In this document: positions 8,037-16,204 of the stretch, piece by piece | Numbering within the stretch: the first letter of the stretch is position 1 | Layout: every line of letters starts with the position of its first letter | Assembly: GCA_044352465.1 (NCBI GenBank) | Contig: JBILDU010000060.1 | Location: 1-18,738 of the forward strand | Source: Bdellovibrionota bacterium | GTDB taxonomy: Bacteria; Bdellovibrionota_C; UBA2361 | DNA: 18,738 bases | Direction of reading: 5' to 3' | Made by a program: the position numbers and the translations under genes | The notes under the pieces: model-generated | The model's database searches: none | What the model was told of the DNA's origin: nothing | The model's input: the letters and a program-made list of their open reading frames with translations, nothing else

Positions 8037-9338
8037 GTGCCAAGTATCATCAACGGACTATTCGCTGGACGTTCAGGTATTGCAAGTCACGGTACCGCTA
8101 TCTCGGTTGTCGGCGATAACATTTCGAACTCGAGCACGATCGGCTTTAAGGCAGCTCGGGCGGAATTCGAAGACCTCATCGCGGGTGGTCAAACAGCGGG
8201 GCGAGTCGTCGGGAGCGGATCCTCGGTATCCGCGGTTAGCCCGATCTTTGAGCAGGGGACCCTCGAGCTTACCAGTCGTCCCCTCGATCTCGCGATCGAC
8301 GGTAACGGGTATTTCGCCTTGGCGAATGGTGCTGAGCGATTCTATACGCGCGCGGGTAACTTTAAGATCGATTCGGCTGGATTTGTCGTGAATCCGAACG
8401 GGCTTGCAGTGCTAGGATTCCCGGCTGGTGGCACCGGTGCGCTTGAGCCGATTAACGTCAACACCATCGCACAAGATAGCGTGGCGACAACTGAGGTCAC
8501 CTTGTCAGGTAACCTTGATGCGGCGGCTTCGGTGCTTTCGGGTGGTGCCGCCGCTATTCCAGTTGTTTCGCCGGTTGGGCAGACGGTCTCCACGACGACG
8601 TACGCTCAGCTTAATGAGGTTGCTGACTTTTCCAACACGGTACAGATCTTCGATTCTCTCGGAGCTAAACACTCTCTGACGTTCTTCTTCTTCCACACCA
8701 GTCCCACACAGTATGTGGTGCGTGGGTATGTCAATAGTGAGGAGGTCGACCCAACCGGCACAGCAACCGGGCTCCCCCGCCTCGTTGGTTCCGCTGACCT
8801 AAACTTTAACGGTGACGGAACTCGGGCTAACCCACCAGCCGCAGGCACCGGAGATTTCAATAACGTCACGGTCAATTGGACCGGCGCAGCGGCGGATTCA
8901 ACTCTGAGCGTCACATTCTCTCCGTACACTCAATTCTCGGCCAGTTCGAACGTTCTCTCCGTGACTCAAGACGGGCAAGGTATCGGTACGGTCACGAGCT
9001 TGAGCATTGGTAAGGACGGTCAGGTAAGCGCACTCCTCGATAACGGTCAGAGTGCTAACATCGGGACGATCGGGCTCGCGAATTTCGCGAACCCAGAGGG
9101 GCTTGTACGGACCGGTAAGAATCTGCTCCAGCAGTCCCGTGACTCAGGTGAGCCGATCGTCGGACGTCCGACCACCGGTACCTTTGGAGCGGTGCAATCC
9201 GGCTCCGTCGAGTTATCGACCGTTGATATCGCGAATGAGTTCGTGAAACTGATTACGTTGCAGCGGGGATTCCAAGCAAACTCACGGATTATCACGACGA
9301 TTAACCAGCTTCTGAACGATATCATCCAGCTCGCCTAA
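8037..9338 (+). CDS. flgE: Flagellar hook protein FlgE, paralogue 2 (complete, 433 aa)
   Basis: N-terminal SGI...GDNISNSSTIGFK, LDLAIDGNGYF, YTRAGNF, IFDSLGAKH, and C-terminal VELSTVDIANEFVKLITLQRGFQANSRII. GTG start with AGGAG RBS. Confidence 0.96.
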   Translation: MPSIINGLFAGRSGIASHGTAISVVGDNISNSSTIGFKAARAEFEDLIAGGQTAGRVVGSGSSVSAVSPIFEQGTLELTSRPLDLAIDGNGYFALANGAERFYTRAGNFKIDSAGFVVNPNGLAVLGFPAGGTGALEPINVNTIAQDSVATTEVTLSGNLDAAASVLSGGAAAIPVVSPVGQTVSTTTYAQLNEVADFSNTVQIFDSLGAKHSLTFFFFHTSPTQYVVRGYVNSEEVDPTGTATGLPRLVGSADLNFNGDGTRANPPAAGTGDFNNVTVNWTGAAADSTLSVTFSPYTQFSASSNVLSVTQDGQGIGTVTSLSIGKDGQVSALLDNGQSANIGTIGLANFANPEGLVRTGKNLLQQSRDSGEPIVGRPTTGTFGAVQSGSVELSTVDIANEFVKLITLQRGFQANSRIITTINQLLNDIIQLA

Positions 9339-9419
9339 CGGTGAGCGTTGAGGGGGGACGTGAGTTTCTTTGAAATGGACTCACCCTCTATGCTGGTTGT
9401 GTCCGGCTTGGCCGGCGCG

Positions 9420-9458
9420 GCGCCGGTGGAGCGATCTGCTCCACCGGCGTTTTCATTT
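9420..9458 (+). terminator. Rho-independent terminator of the fliK-flgD-flgE operon
   Basis: 12-bp perfect stem CGCCGGTGGAGC/GCTCCACCGGCG (9421-9449) with loop GATCT, followed by TTTTCATTT. Confidence 0.75.
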
Positions 9459-9680
9459 GGAATCGATAGGCGCGTGCCCCTTTCAGTCAGTTTTTTGATG
9501 GCGGCACTATCCTCGATATGGCTATAAGCGCTCTCAGATTCATGACACTCCTCGAAATGCTGACGGGCGCCCCGATGTATGATAGTGTCCTCACCGATTA
9601 TTGATCGCCGCGGGATAGGGATGTGCGTCATGCTCTGTCCGCGGAGGAGTGCGTAAGCGCGATTATATTTCGAGCGTGAG

Positions 9681-10625
9681 GTGATGAATTATTCCGATCA
9701 GCAGCTCATCGATGGCGTGGCCGCGGGAGATCTCCGTGTTGTGGCGCGGTTAATTACGCTCGCTGAAAACGGAGTTCCGCGTGCCCGAGCGGTGCAGCGA
9801 GCGCTCTTCCCGCGAACCGGCAAGGCGCATGTCGTTGGGATTACCGGAGCTCCGGGAGCTGGGAAATCGACCCTCGTTGACCAACTCGCCCGAACTTGGC
9901 GAGAGCGAGGTAAGAAAGTTGCCATCCTAGCGATCGACCCAACCAGCCCGTTCTCGGGGGGGGCTATCCTGGGGGATCGCATTCGAATGAGCCATACCTC
10001 CGAAGACTCGAGTATCTTTATCCGGAGTATGGCGACACGTGGTTCGCTTGGGGGGTTGTCTAAGGCGACCCTCGACTCAATCCAGATTCTCGATGCTGCA
10101 GGCTTCGACCTGATCTTAGTCGAGACGGTTGGTGTGGGGCAGGCGGAGGTTGATATCGTACGCACCGCCGATACGTGTTTGGTGGTGCTCGTTCCCGGGA
10201 TGGGGGATAGCGTCCAGATCATTAAAGCGGGAATTTTGGAGATCGCCGATCTCTTTGTGATCAACAAGGCCGATCGGGATGGGGCCGATTTACTCCACAA
10301 AGATCTACGTATTCTCCTCTCGCTGGCGGATCACACTCCCGAGCGATGGGAGCCACTCATTACCCGAACGGTAGCGACAACCGGGGAGGGCGCGAGCGAT
10401 GTCGTTGATGGTGTGCAACGGCATATCGCGTGGGTGCGGAATTCCGCGATGGGTCAGAAAAAACGCCTGGAGATTTTGGAGCATAATATCGTCCAGCTTC
10501 TGACTGAGGTGGCCGTTGAGCGTGCACTTGGTCCCAAACGAACGTTATTGAAAGAGCTGGTGGCGCAATGCTACGAGCGCAAGATCGACCCTTTTACCGC
10601 GGTTGAGCAGTTGCTCCGTTCGTAG
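9681..10625 (+). CDS. meaB: Methylmalonyl-CoA mutase-associated GTPase MeaB (ArgK/LAO family)
   Basis: GITGAPGAGKST, AIDPTSPFSGGAILGDRIRM, IRSMATRGSLGGL, VETVGVGQAE, KAGILEIADLFVINKAD. Start is GTG 9681 or ATG 9684. Confidence 0.95.
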   Translation: MMNYSDQQLIDGVAAGDLRVVARLITLAENGVPRARAVQRALFPRTGKAHVVGITGAPGAGKSTLVDQLARTWRERGKKVAILAIDPTSPFSGGAILGDRIRMSHTSEDSSIFIRSMATRGSLGGLSKATLDSIQILDAAGFDLILVETVGVGQAEVDIVRTADTCLVVLVPGMGDSVQIIKAGILEIADLFVINKADRDGADLLHKDLRILLSLADHTPERWEPLITRTVATTGEGASDVVDGVQRHIAWVRNSAMGQKKRLEILEHNIVQLLTEVAVERALGPKRTLLKELVAQCYERKIDPFTAVEQLLRS

Positions 10626-10942
10626 TAGCGGAGGCTGAGGTTATTTGGGGCCGCTCGAGCAGCGTGCCGATGTCATAAAGCTCGTTTCGCTCGCCAAGAG
10701 ATATAGGCGGGTAATTGTCGTCTCTGGTGATTTCTCTGCGAGAGGATGTTTCGCCTGGGTCTTTGTGTCCCTCTTCCGCGCGTCTCTTCCTCGCCGATAC
10801 ACGCGCTTAAAAAGCAGTGGTGACCCGCCAAGAGGGATTCGCGCGTGACCGCGTTTTTCGGAAAAGGTGGACGCTGACCTTGATGAGGGGATAGCCTCTA
10901 TAGGGCGGTTTTATGAAGTTTGGAGATAGTCGTCGCCCTTTC

Positions 10943-12088
10943 TCACCCGAGTTTGAGCTCTTTGGCGACGATCCCGGCCATTATCTCGCTGGTGCCACCA
11001 CCGATAGGCATCAAGCGTAAATCGCGCCACCATCGCTCGGGAGAAAACTCGGTCGTATATCCGTATCCGCCGTGTATCTGAATCGCCTGGTCGCAGAGCC
11101 ACAACGCGTCCTCGCAGACGAGGCGCTTGGCTGCGGATACCTCTGCGCGGCAGGGGCGCCCTGAATTCAGGAGCTCGAGGGCGTGGCGGCATAGCGCTTC
11201 CCCGAGCACGATACGGGTGTACATCCCCTCAAGCATCGCGTTAATCGAGTCGAAGTCGCCGATCGCTTTTCCGAAGGCTCGTCGGTCTCGGGAGTATCTC
11301 ACCGTGTCATGGTAGCAGGCGCGCATTCCACCAAGGGTGGTCAGTACGAGCATCATGCGCTCCCAGTTGAGGTTGTTGGAGGCTTGAATCCAGCCATCGC
11401 CGACATTACCGATGACACACCCTTCGTCGACCACGACGTTCTCGAAGGTCATCTCGGCGGTGTCTGAGGAGCGCCATCCGAGTTTATCGAGTTTTTTGTT
11501 TATCTTGAATCCGGGCGAGCGGGTGTCGACGAGGAAAGTGGTAAATCCATTGTAGCCCGCCTCGAAATCGGTACGGGTTAGAACGAGGATGAAGTGGGCA
11601 CGTGCGCCATTGGTGATAAAGGTCTTTGAGCCGTTGATGATCCATCGCGAGCCGTCCTTAACCGCTTTGGTGCGTAAACTCGCAAGGTCACTACCAGCTC
11701 CCGGCTCGGTAAATGCGTAAGCTCCGATCGCTTCGCCGGTAACGGCTTTTGGAAGCCATGTTTGTTTAAGGGCGGGGCTGCCGTATTTTTCGAGGCTATG
11801 GCTTACGACGAGGGAGTGCATATTGACGCCAACGGTCATGCCAACAGCGGGAAGTTCTCCGAACGCCTCGCACCAGGCGCCGGCGAGCTTGTAGTCCCCG
11901 CCGATTCCACCGTACTCCTCAGGGATGAGGATTCCGAGGAACCCTTGTTCGCCGAGAATGCGGTACACCTCATCGGGATAGTTTCCCGCATTCTCCCACG
12001 CGTTGATGTGCGGACGAATCTTCTCGTCGAGCACGCGCCGGACACTTTGGATAAAGTTTTGGTGTTCTGCGTCGTACGATGCACCCAT
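10943..12088 (-). CDS. Acyl-CoA dehydrogenase (IVD/LCAD-like catalytic arrangement)
   Basis: AFTEPGAGSDLASLRT, INGSKTFITNG, KLGWRSSDTAE, RRAFGKAI, AIQIHGGYGY, RDLRLMPIGGGTSEIM. No Glu in the GGGT loop; Glu present in LNWER. Start is ATG 12088 or GTG 12097. Confidence 0.95.
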   Translation of the reverse strand: MGASYDAEHQNFIQSVRRVLDEKIRPHINAWENAGNYPDEVYRILGEQGFLGILIPEEYGGIGGDYKLAGAWCEAFGELPAVGMTVGVNMHSLVVSHSLEKYGSPALKQTWLPKAVTGEAIGAYAFTEPGAGSDLASLRTKAVKDGSRWIINGSKTFITNGARAHFILVLTRTDFEAGYNGFTTFLVDTRSPGFKINKKLDKLGWRSSDTAEMTFENVVVDEGCVIGNVGDGWIQASNNLNWERMMLVLTTLGGMRACYHDTVRYSRDRRAFGKAIGDFDSINAMLEGMYTRIVLGEALCRHALELLNSGRPCRAEVSAAKRLVCEDALWLCDQAIQIHGGYGYTTEFSPERWWRDLRLMPIGGGTSEIMAGIVAKELKLG

Positions 12089-12301
12089 ATCTCGCACGTC
12101 CTAAAAGTGGGGGTGATAGCCCTTTGTTTGTTGCAGGATATGGATTTTCCATAAAAGAATCAATACCTTCGGGGGTGGGGCAAACGCCAATTGTACTCCC
12201 AACTTGAGTCTCAAGGGGTTCGCTCAACCACATGCTGTGGTATAGACGAGGTCGTAGGCCGTCCCCCGAGTGAAGAGAGTTTTATAAGACAGAGTAAGCC
12301 G

Positions 12302-12613
12302 ATGAACGAGACAGTCGCCCATATACCTACCCGGGAACAGATCGTCGAGGCGCTCAAAACGGTCGAAGATCCCGAACTCTTTCTTGATATCTGGTTTCTT
12401 GGGCTGGTCTACTCGATCGATATCGCCCCTGAGGGTGTCACTATTGAGATGACCTTTACGAGCCCACTCTGTCCGGCCGGGCCGATGCTTGTGGATCAGG
12501 TGAAGACAAAGGTGGGGGCGGTGCCGGGTGTCCAAAAGGTTGAGGTGAAGATCGTCTTTACGCCGCCGTGGGTTCCTTCCGATGAGGTGAAAGGGCTATT
12601 GGGGATGATGTAG
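12302..12613 (+). CDS. DUF59 / metal-sulfur cluster assembly factor (SufT/PaaD-like, 103 aa)
   Basis: ALKTVEDPEL..I..LGLVY, MTFTSPLCPAG and FTPPW are the DUF59 DPE...T...CP...PPW motifs. ATG 12302 gives the typical length. Confidence 0.9.
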   Translation: MNETVAHIPTREQIVEALKTVEDPELFLDIWFLGLVYSIDIAPEGVTIEMTFTSPLCPAGPMLVDQVKTKVGAVPGVQKVEVKIVFTPPWVPSDEVKGLLGMM

Positions 12614-12625
12614 GGGGTTAATTCG

Positions 12626-13714
12626 ATGGCGTTCAAGCTCAACACCGACCAAACAGCTCTGCGGGAGACCCTGCGCGATTTCTTGACTGAATCGATAACG
12701 TCTGAGTATCGCCGTTCCCGGGCTGAGGGGGATCTCGAGTCGGACCCGAAGCTTTGGCGAGGGTTCCAAGATTTGGGGCTTTTCGAACTTTTCGGTGCCG
12801 ATGGAGGAACCGGGGTCGCTGAACTCGCGTTGGTTGCTCAGGAGCTCGGGCGTGCGGTTGCTCCAGAGGCTCTCGTTGATGCTCTCGTCGCGGGCCCGTA
12901 TCTGTTCAATCATTTTTTGACTGAGGAGATGCGCGGTTCGGTGCGGGCGCACTTTGGTGAGGATTTCGTTGTTGGCGTTTCAGGGGGTGACCTGCGCGTT
13001 GGCTTTGCGCTCGACGGAGCGAATCCGGCCGCGTCCTTAACTGAGTGTCGGAGCGGAGAGATCGTCCGCCTTGACGGAACGGTTCAGCTTGTGAGCGCAC
13101 CCGGCGACCTGGATGGGCTGATTGTTCGGGGCCATGCCGGACTATTGCTCTGCGACCTCAGAGCGAGCCAGGAGCAACAGGTCGTGCTGACTCGGCGTGC
13201 ACTCATGGACGGAACGATCAAAGCGGGCGACCTCGAACTCCGTAACGTGCGGGCGCTCCAGCTCGGCGCATGTGCCACTTTTCTCGCCATCGTGCGCGTC
13301 CTCCGCGCTGCGGAGATGAGTGGCGCGGTAGCTCGAGCAATTGAGATGACCGTGGATTATGTGAAGACCCGCCAACAGTTCGGTGTTCCGGTGGGCGGGT
13401 TTCAGGCGGTCCAGCACCGGCTTGCCGACATGCACGCAAACGGTGAGGCGTTGCGTGCCCTTGTTGCATTCGCTGCCTGGTCAGCCGACCGCTCTCCCGA
13501 TCAGCTCTCGCTTGCATCCCCGGCCGCATTGCGGTTCGCGTGTGATGTAAGCGTCGAGATCGTCGAGGGGGCGATTCAACTCCATGGTGGTATCGGGTTC
13601 ACCTGGGAATACGACTTGCACTATTTTCTGCGGCGAGTGAAAGCGCTACAAGCTCTCTGGCAGCCGTCGGGGACTGACTATATCGAACTTATCGAAGCGG
13701 CCCGCCTGGGGTGA
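12626..13714 (+). CDS. Acyl-CoA dehydrogenase family protein, probable non-catalytic (beta-type) subunit
   Basis: ELGRAVAP, YVKTRQQFGVPVGGFQAVQHRLADM, AIQLHGGIGFTWEYDLHYFLRR. Lacks the TEPxAGSD and (E/G)GTxEI motifs of complete ACADs. Confidence 0.88.
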   Translation: MAFKLNTDQTALRETLRDFLTESITSEYRRSRAEGDLESDPKLWRGFQDLGLFELFGADGGTGVAELALVAQELGRAVAPEALVDALVAGPYLFNHFLTEEMRGSVRAHFGEDFVVGVSGGDLRVGFALDGANPAASLTECRSGEIVRLDGTVQLVSAPGDLDGLIVRGHAGLLLCDLRASQEQQVVLTRRALMDGTIKAGDLELRNVRALQLGACATFLAIVRVLRAAEMSGAVARAIEMTVDYVKTRQQFGVPVGGFQAVQHRLADMHANGEALRALVAFAAWSADRSPDQLSLASPAALRFACDVSVEIVEGAIQLHGGIGFTWEYDLHYFLRRVKALQALWQPSGTDYIELIEAARLG

Positions 13715-13730
13715 TTCTCGGACAAGCGTC

Positions 13731-13753
13731 GTGACGACCGCGACTGTCGTCAC
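13731..13753. terminator. Inverted repeat between convergent acyl-CoA dehydrogenase and gmhA, possible bidirectional terminator
   Basis: GTGACGAC/GTCGTCAC 8-bp stem. There is no good U-tract on either side. Confidence 0.4.
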
Positions 13754-13769
13754 ACTCAAACAATTGAAA

Positions 13770-14348
13770 CTATTTGTTGCACTCAGAGCGTGTCTCAATC
13801 AGCTCACAAAAGATATGAACGATCGTAATGTGAGCCTCTTGAATTCGCTCGGTCGCCTTTGATGGCACGATGAGGGGCAGATCACAGAGGGGCGCTAATT
13901 TTCCACCATCTTTTCCCAACATCCCGATAGTTTTTGTCCCTCGTATCTTCGCGGCGTTGACCGCAGCGATGATATTGGCTGAATTCCCCGACGTCGAGAA
14001 GCCGACCAAGGTATCGTTGGGCCCACAAAAAGTTTCGACCTGGCGGGCGAAAGCTGTCTCAAACGCGTAGTCGTTGCTCCAACAGGTCAGAACACTAGCG
14101 TCGTGGAGATGCATCGCCTTGATGCCGGGTCGTTCCCGTTTGAAACGAGCGACCAGCTCTTCGGTAAAGTGCATCGCATCGCAGGTCGAGCCGCCATTGC
14201 CGCATGAGAAAATAGTTCCCCCAGAGTCGATCGTCCGTACCAGTTGCTGCGCGGCTCGTTCGACGGCGCCAAGAAAATGGGCATCTCCGGCTAGAGTGGC
14301 TTTCAGGGACGAGGAATCGGAGAGTAGTTCAGCGATCGTTTTTTGCAT
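13770..14348 (-). CDS. gmhA: Phosphoheptose isomerase GmhA (SIS domain)
   Basis: CGNGGSTCDAMHFTEEL, NDYAFETAFARQVE, STSGNSANII, ERIQEAHITIVHIFCELIE. Confidence 0.95.
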   Translation of the reverse strand: MQKTIAELLSDSSSLKATLAGDAHFLGAVERAAQQLVRTIDSGGTIFSCGNGGSTCDAMHFTEELVARFKRERPGIKAMHLHDASVLTCWSNDYAFETAFARQVETFCGPNDTLVGFSTSGNSANIIAAVNAAKIRGTKTIGMLGKDGGKLAPLCDLPLIVPSKATERIQEAHITIVHIFCELIETRSECNK

Positions 14349-14360
14349 GGTTCGAAATAT

Positions 14361-14389
14361 AGCTTACCCAGCCGACGAGGAGCAAACAA
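14361..14389 (-). promoter_or_regulatory. Possible sigma70 promoter of gmhA giving a near-leaderless mRNA
   Basis: Minus strand TTGTTT-N17-TAAGCT ending 12 nt before the ATG. No Shine-Dalgarno precedes gmhA. Confidence 0.3.
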
Positions 14390-14402
14390 AAAGGCGCGGA
14401 GC

Positions 14403-16028
14403 TTAGGCGACGACGTTGCTTCGGGCGATGTGACGACACCATTCGGGCAGCGCGGAGGAGGCTTCGCCTACCATCGCAGTTACCGCCCGTTGAGAGTAGC
14501 CCCGTTCTTCCAGAAGAACCTCAAGCTTGGGGAGCATGGTTTCAATGAACGCGTGCGCAGCCGTGCTCTCACAGGTCACATTCATCAAAATCTCTCCAGG
14601 ACGATGGGCGATAGCAACTCGGACTGCACCGAGTGCTGCGAGTGGGAGAGTCAGATCCACCCGCTCAAATAAGCGGTCTGGCTCGGCCTGATCGCCATGC
14701 TCCTCGCGTTCGATGCTGGGGGCGGGGGGATGGAAAGCGAACTCGAATTTGGTGAGGAGTCCGTGCACGACGGCGGGAAGAAATATCGCGATTGGCTCTC
14801 CTACCGATTGGGCCAGGGGCGCGAGGTGCCGCAGGATCTCTTGACCACTGGTGACGCGCTCGATTTCCCGGGTGACATCCGCTGAGGTAACAAGGAGCTT
14901 GGCCGCTTCGGTCCGAGACTGCGCTGAGCGAGCGAGTGAGTCGAGCCGTTGCTCAGCCTGGCTGAGGGCCGCTTCGATCTGTTGACGCTCCTGAGGCCCA
15001 CTGACGGTGCGATTTAATTCCCCCAGGAGCTGGCGAATCGTTGTGCTGAGGCTTTGCTGAATTGACGAATCACCCCGCGAGAATTCCGGTAGCAATGCCC
15101 CCAGGGTACGCAGAAAAATGAGCAGCGGGGTATTACTATCGGCTCCTGGCAGAGGTCGTCGAATGAGCTCGGCAAACGAGTGCGAACGTCCGGCCGCAAT
15201 CGCGAGTGCATGTGTCGGTGTGGAGGCAGGATCCGCGGGGAGTCGCTTTGCCTCGTCCGGCCCGGTGCTATCGCCGAAAGTAAGCCGTTGCGGGTCAAGT
15301 CGCAGCTTGGCGATCTCGCTGCGAATCGTATCGATCGCCTTCAGTGCGAGCGGTAATTCGCGTGCCTCGCTGAGCGCTGCCTCAAGTCCCGTCACTGCGT
15401 TCGTGCTAGCCGCAACAGCATTAATGACGGTGCCGAGAGCTCGGTCACCGCGCTGTCCGGAAGGGATGAAGGCCTCCCGCAGCGCCTGCATTACTTTGGT
15501 AGAGTCTCGTAGAATCGGCTCATCGAGGACCTGCAGTTGGTCGAGTGTCGTCGTGAGTCTCGAGTGGAGCTCTCGGAGCGGAACCTCCGATGTGGCGGCT
15601 TGCCCGACCGACCGATGGAGCGCACTCAGACTCTGTCCGAGATTACGATCGACTGCGCGAAACGCTTCTTTAAGGTCGGTGAGATCCTCTGGGGAGAGAA
15701 ACGCCCGAAAGGCTTCATCGAGAAGGGTCGATGGTCTTTGCGCCAGAGGTTTGGGATCAAGTGAGACCACCCTGAGAATGTATGCGGGGCTACTCCGGGC
15801 TACCAGAAGCTCGACGGTGGCGTTGTGCTCCAGCTCGGCTGGAATCGTTGCGGCGACGAAGCTCCCGTTAAGAAGAAAACCCTGGCGCTCCCCCGGCTCG
15901 CGCTGAATCGTTACGGTTACTATCGTGCCCGGGGTGAGACTCGCAGTAACGCTTGGATCGAGGGCTGCACCGCCTGGCTGGATGCGGAGAGTCGGCAAGT
16001 AGCTGTCAGATACGCGTGAGGTTGACAT
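14403..16028 (-). CDS. FliK-domain protein, second ruler-like protein (about 541 aa)
   Basis: C-terminal ERVDLTLPLAALGAVRVAIAHRPGEILMNVTCES...MLPKLEVLLEERGY resembles the FliK C-terminal fold. Small beta-rich N-terminus and helical L/A/E/R-rich middle. ATG 16028 chosen because the longer ORF runs over the promoter and hemJ start; no clear SD, so the start is uncertain. Confidence 0.7.
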   Translation of the reverse strand: MSTSRVSDSYLPTLRIQPGGAALDPSVTASLTPGTIVTVTIQREPGERQGFLLNGSFVAATIPAELEHNATVELLVARSSPAYILRVVSLDPKPLAQRPSTLLDEAFRAFLSPEDLTDLKEAFRAVDRNLGQSLSALHRSVGQAATSEVPLRELHSRLTTTLDQLQVLDEPILRDSTKVMQALREAFIPSGQRGDRALGTVINAVAASTNAVTGLEAALSEARELPLALKAIDTIRSEIAKLRLDPQRLTFGDSTGPDEAKRLPADPASTPTHALAIAAGRSHSFAELIRRPLPGADSNTPLLIFLRTLGALLPEFSRGDSSIQQSLSTTIRQLLGELNRTVSGPQERQQIEAALSQAEQRLDSLARSAQSRTEAAKLLVTSADVTREIERVTSGQEILRHLAPLAQSVGEPIAIFLPAVVHGLLTKFEFAFHPPAPSIEREEHGDQAEPDRLFERVDLTLPLAALGAVRVAIAHRPGEILMNVTCESTAAHAFIETMLPKLEVLLEERGYSQRAVTAMVGEASSALPEWCRHIARSNVVA

Positions 16029-16164
16029 CGTATAGTGACGGTACAGATTTAAAATCGCTTCGCGGGGAACGCTGAGCCGGTTCAGTGTCCCCCGCGAGAG
16101 CCGCCGCTCCCCTGCTAAAAAACTGGTGACTCGGGGGAGTTGTGGGGAGCCAATGTTACGTATA

Positions 16165-16191
16165 GTATCGGCGGGATTGAGTTTTAAGTTA
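16165..16191 (-). promoter_or_regulatory. Sigma28 (FliA)-type promoter for the FliK-domain gene
   Basis: Minus strand TAAC-N15-GCCGATAC versus consensus TAAA-N15-GCCGATAA: exact spacing, one mismatch per box. Confidence 0.6.
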
Positions 16192-16204
16192 ACGAGGAGT
16201 TTCC

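Noticed and set aside
9335..9631. 98-aa minus-strand ORF downstream of flgE-2
   Set aside because: It runs through the terminator hairpin and has no recognisable motif.
13770..16028. Co-transcription of gmhA with the sigma28 gene implying heptose-based flagellar glycosylation
   Set aside because: gmhA appears to have its own sigma70-like promoter and no glycosyltransferase or other heptose genes are nearby. An LPS core role is sufficient.
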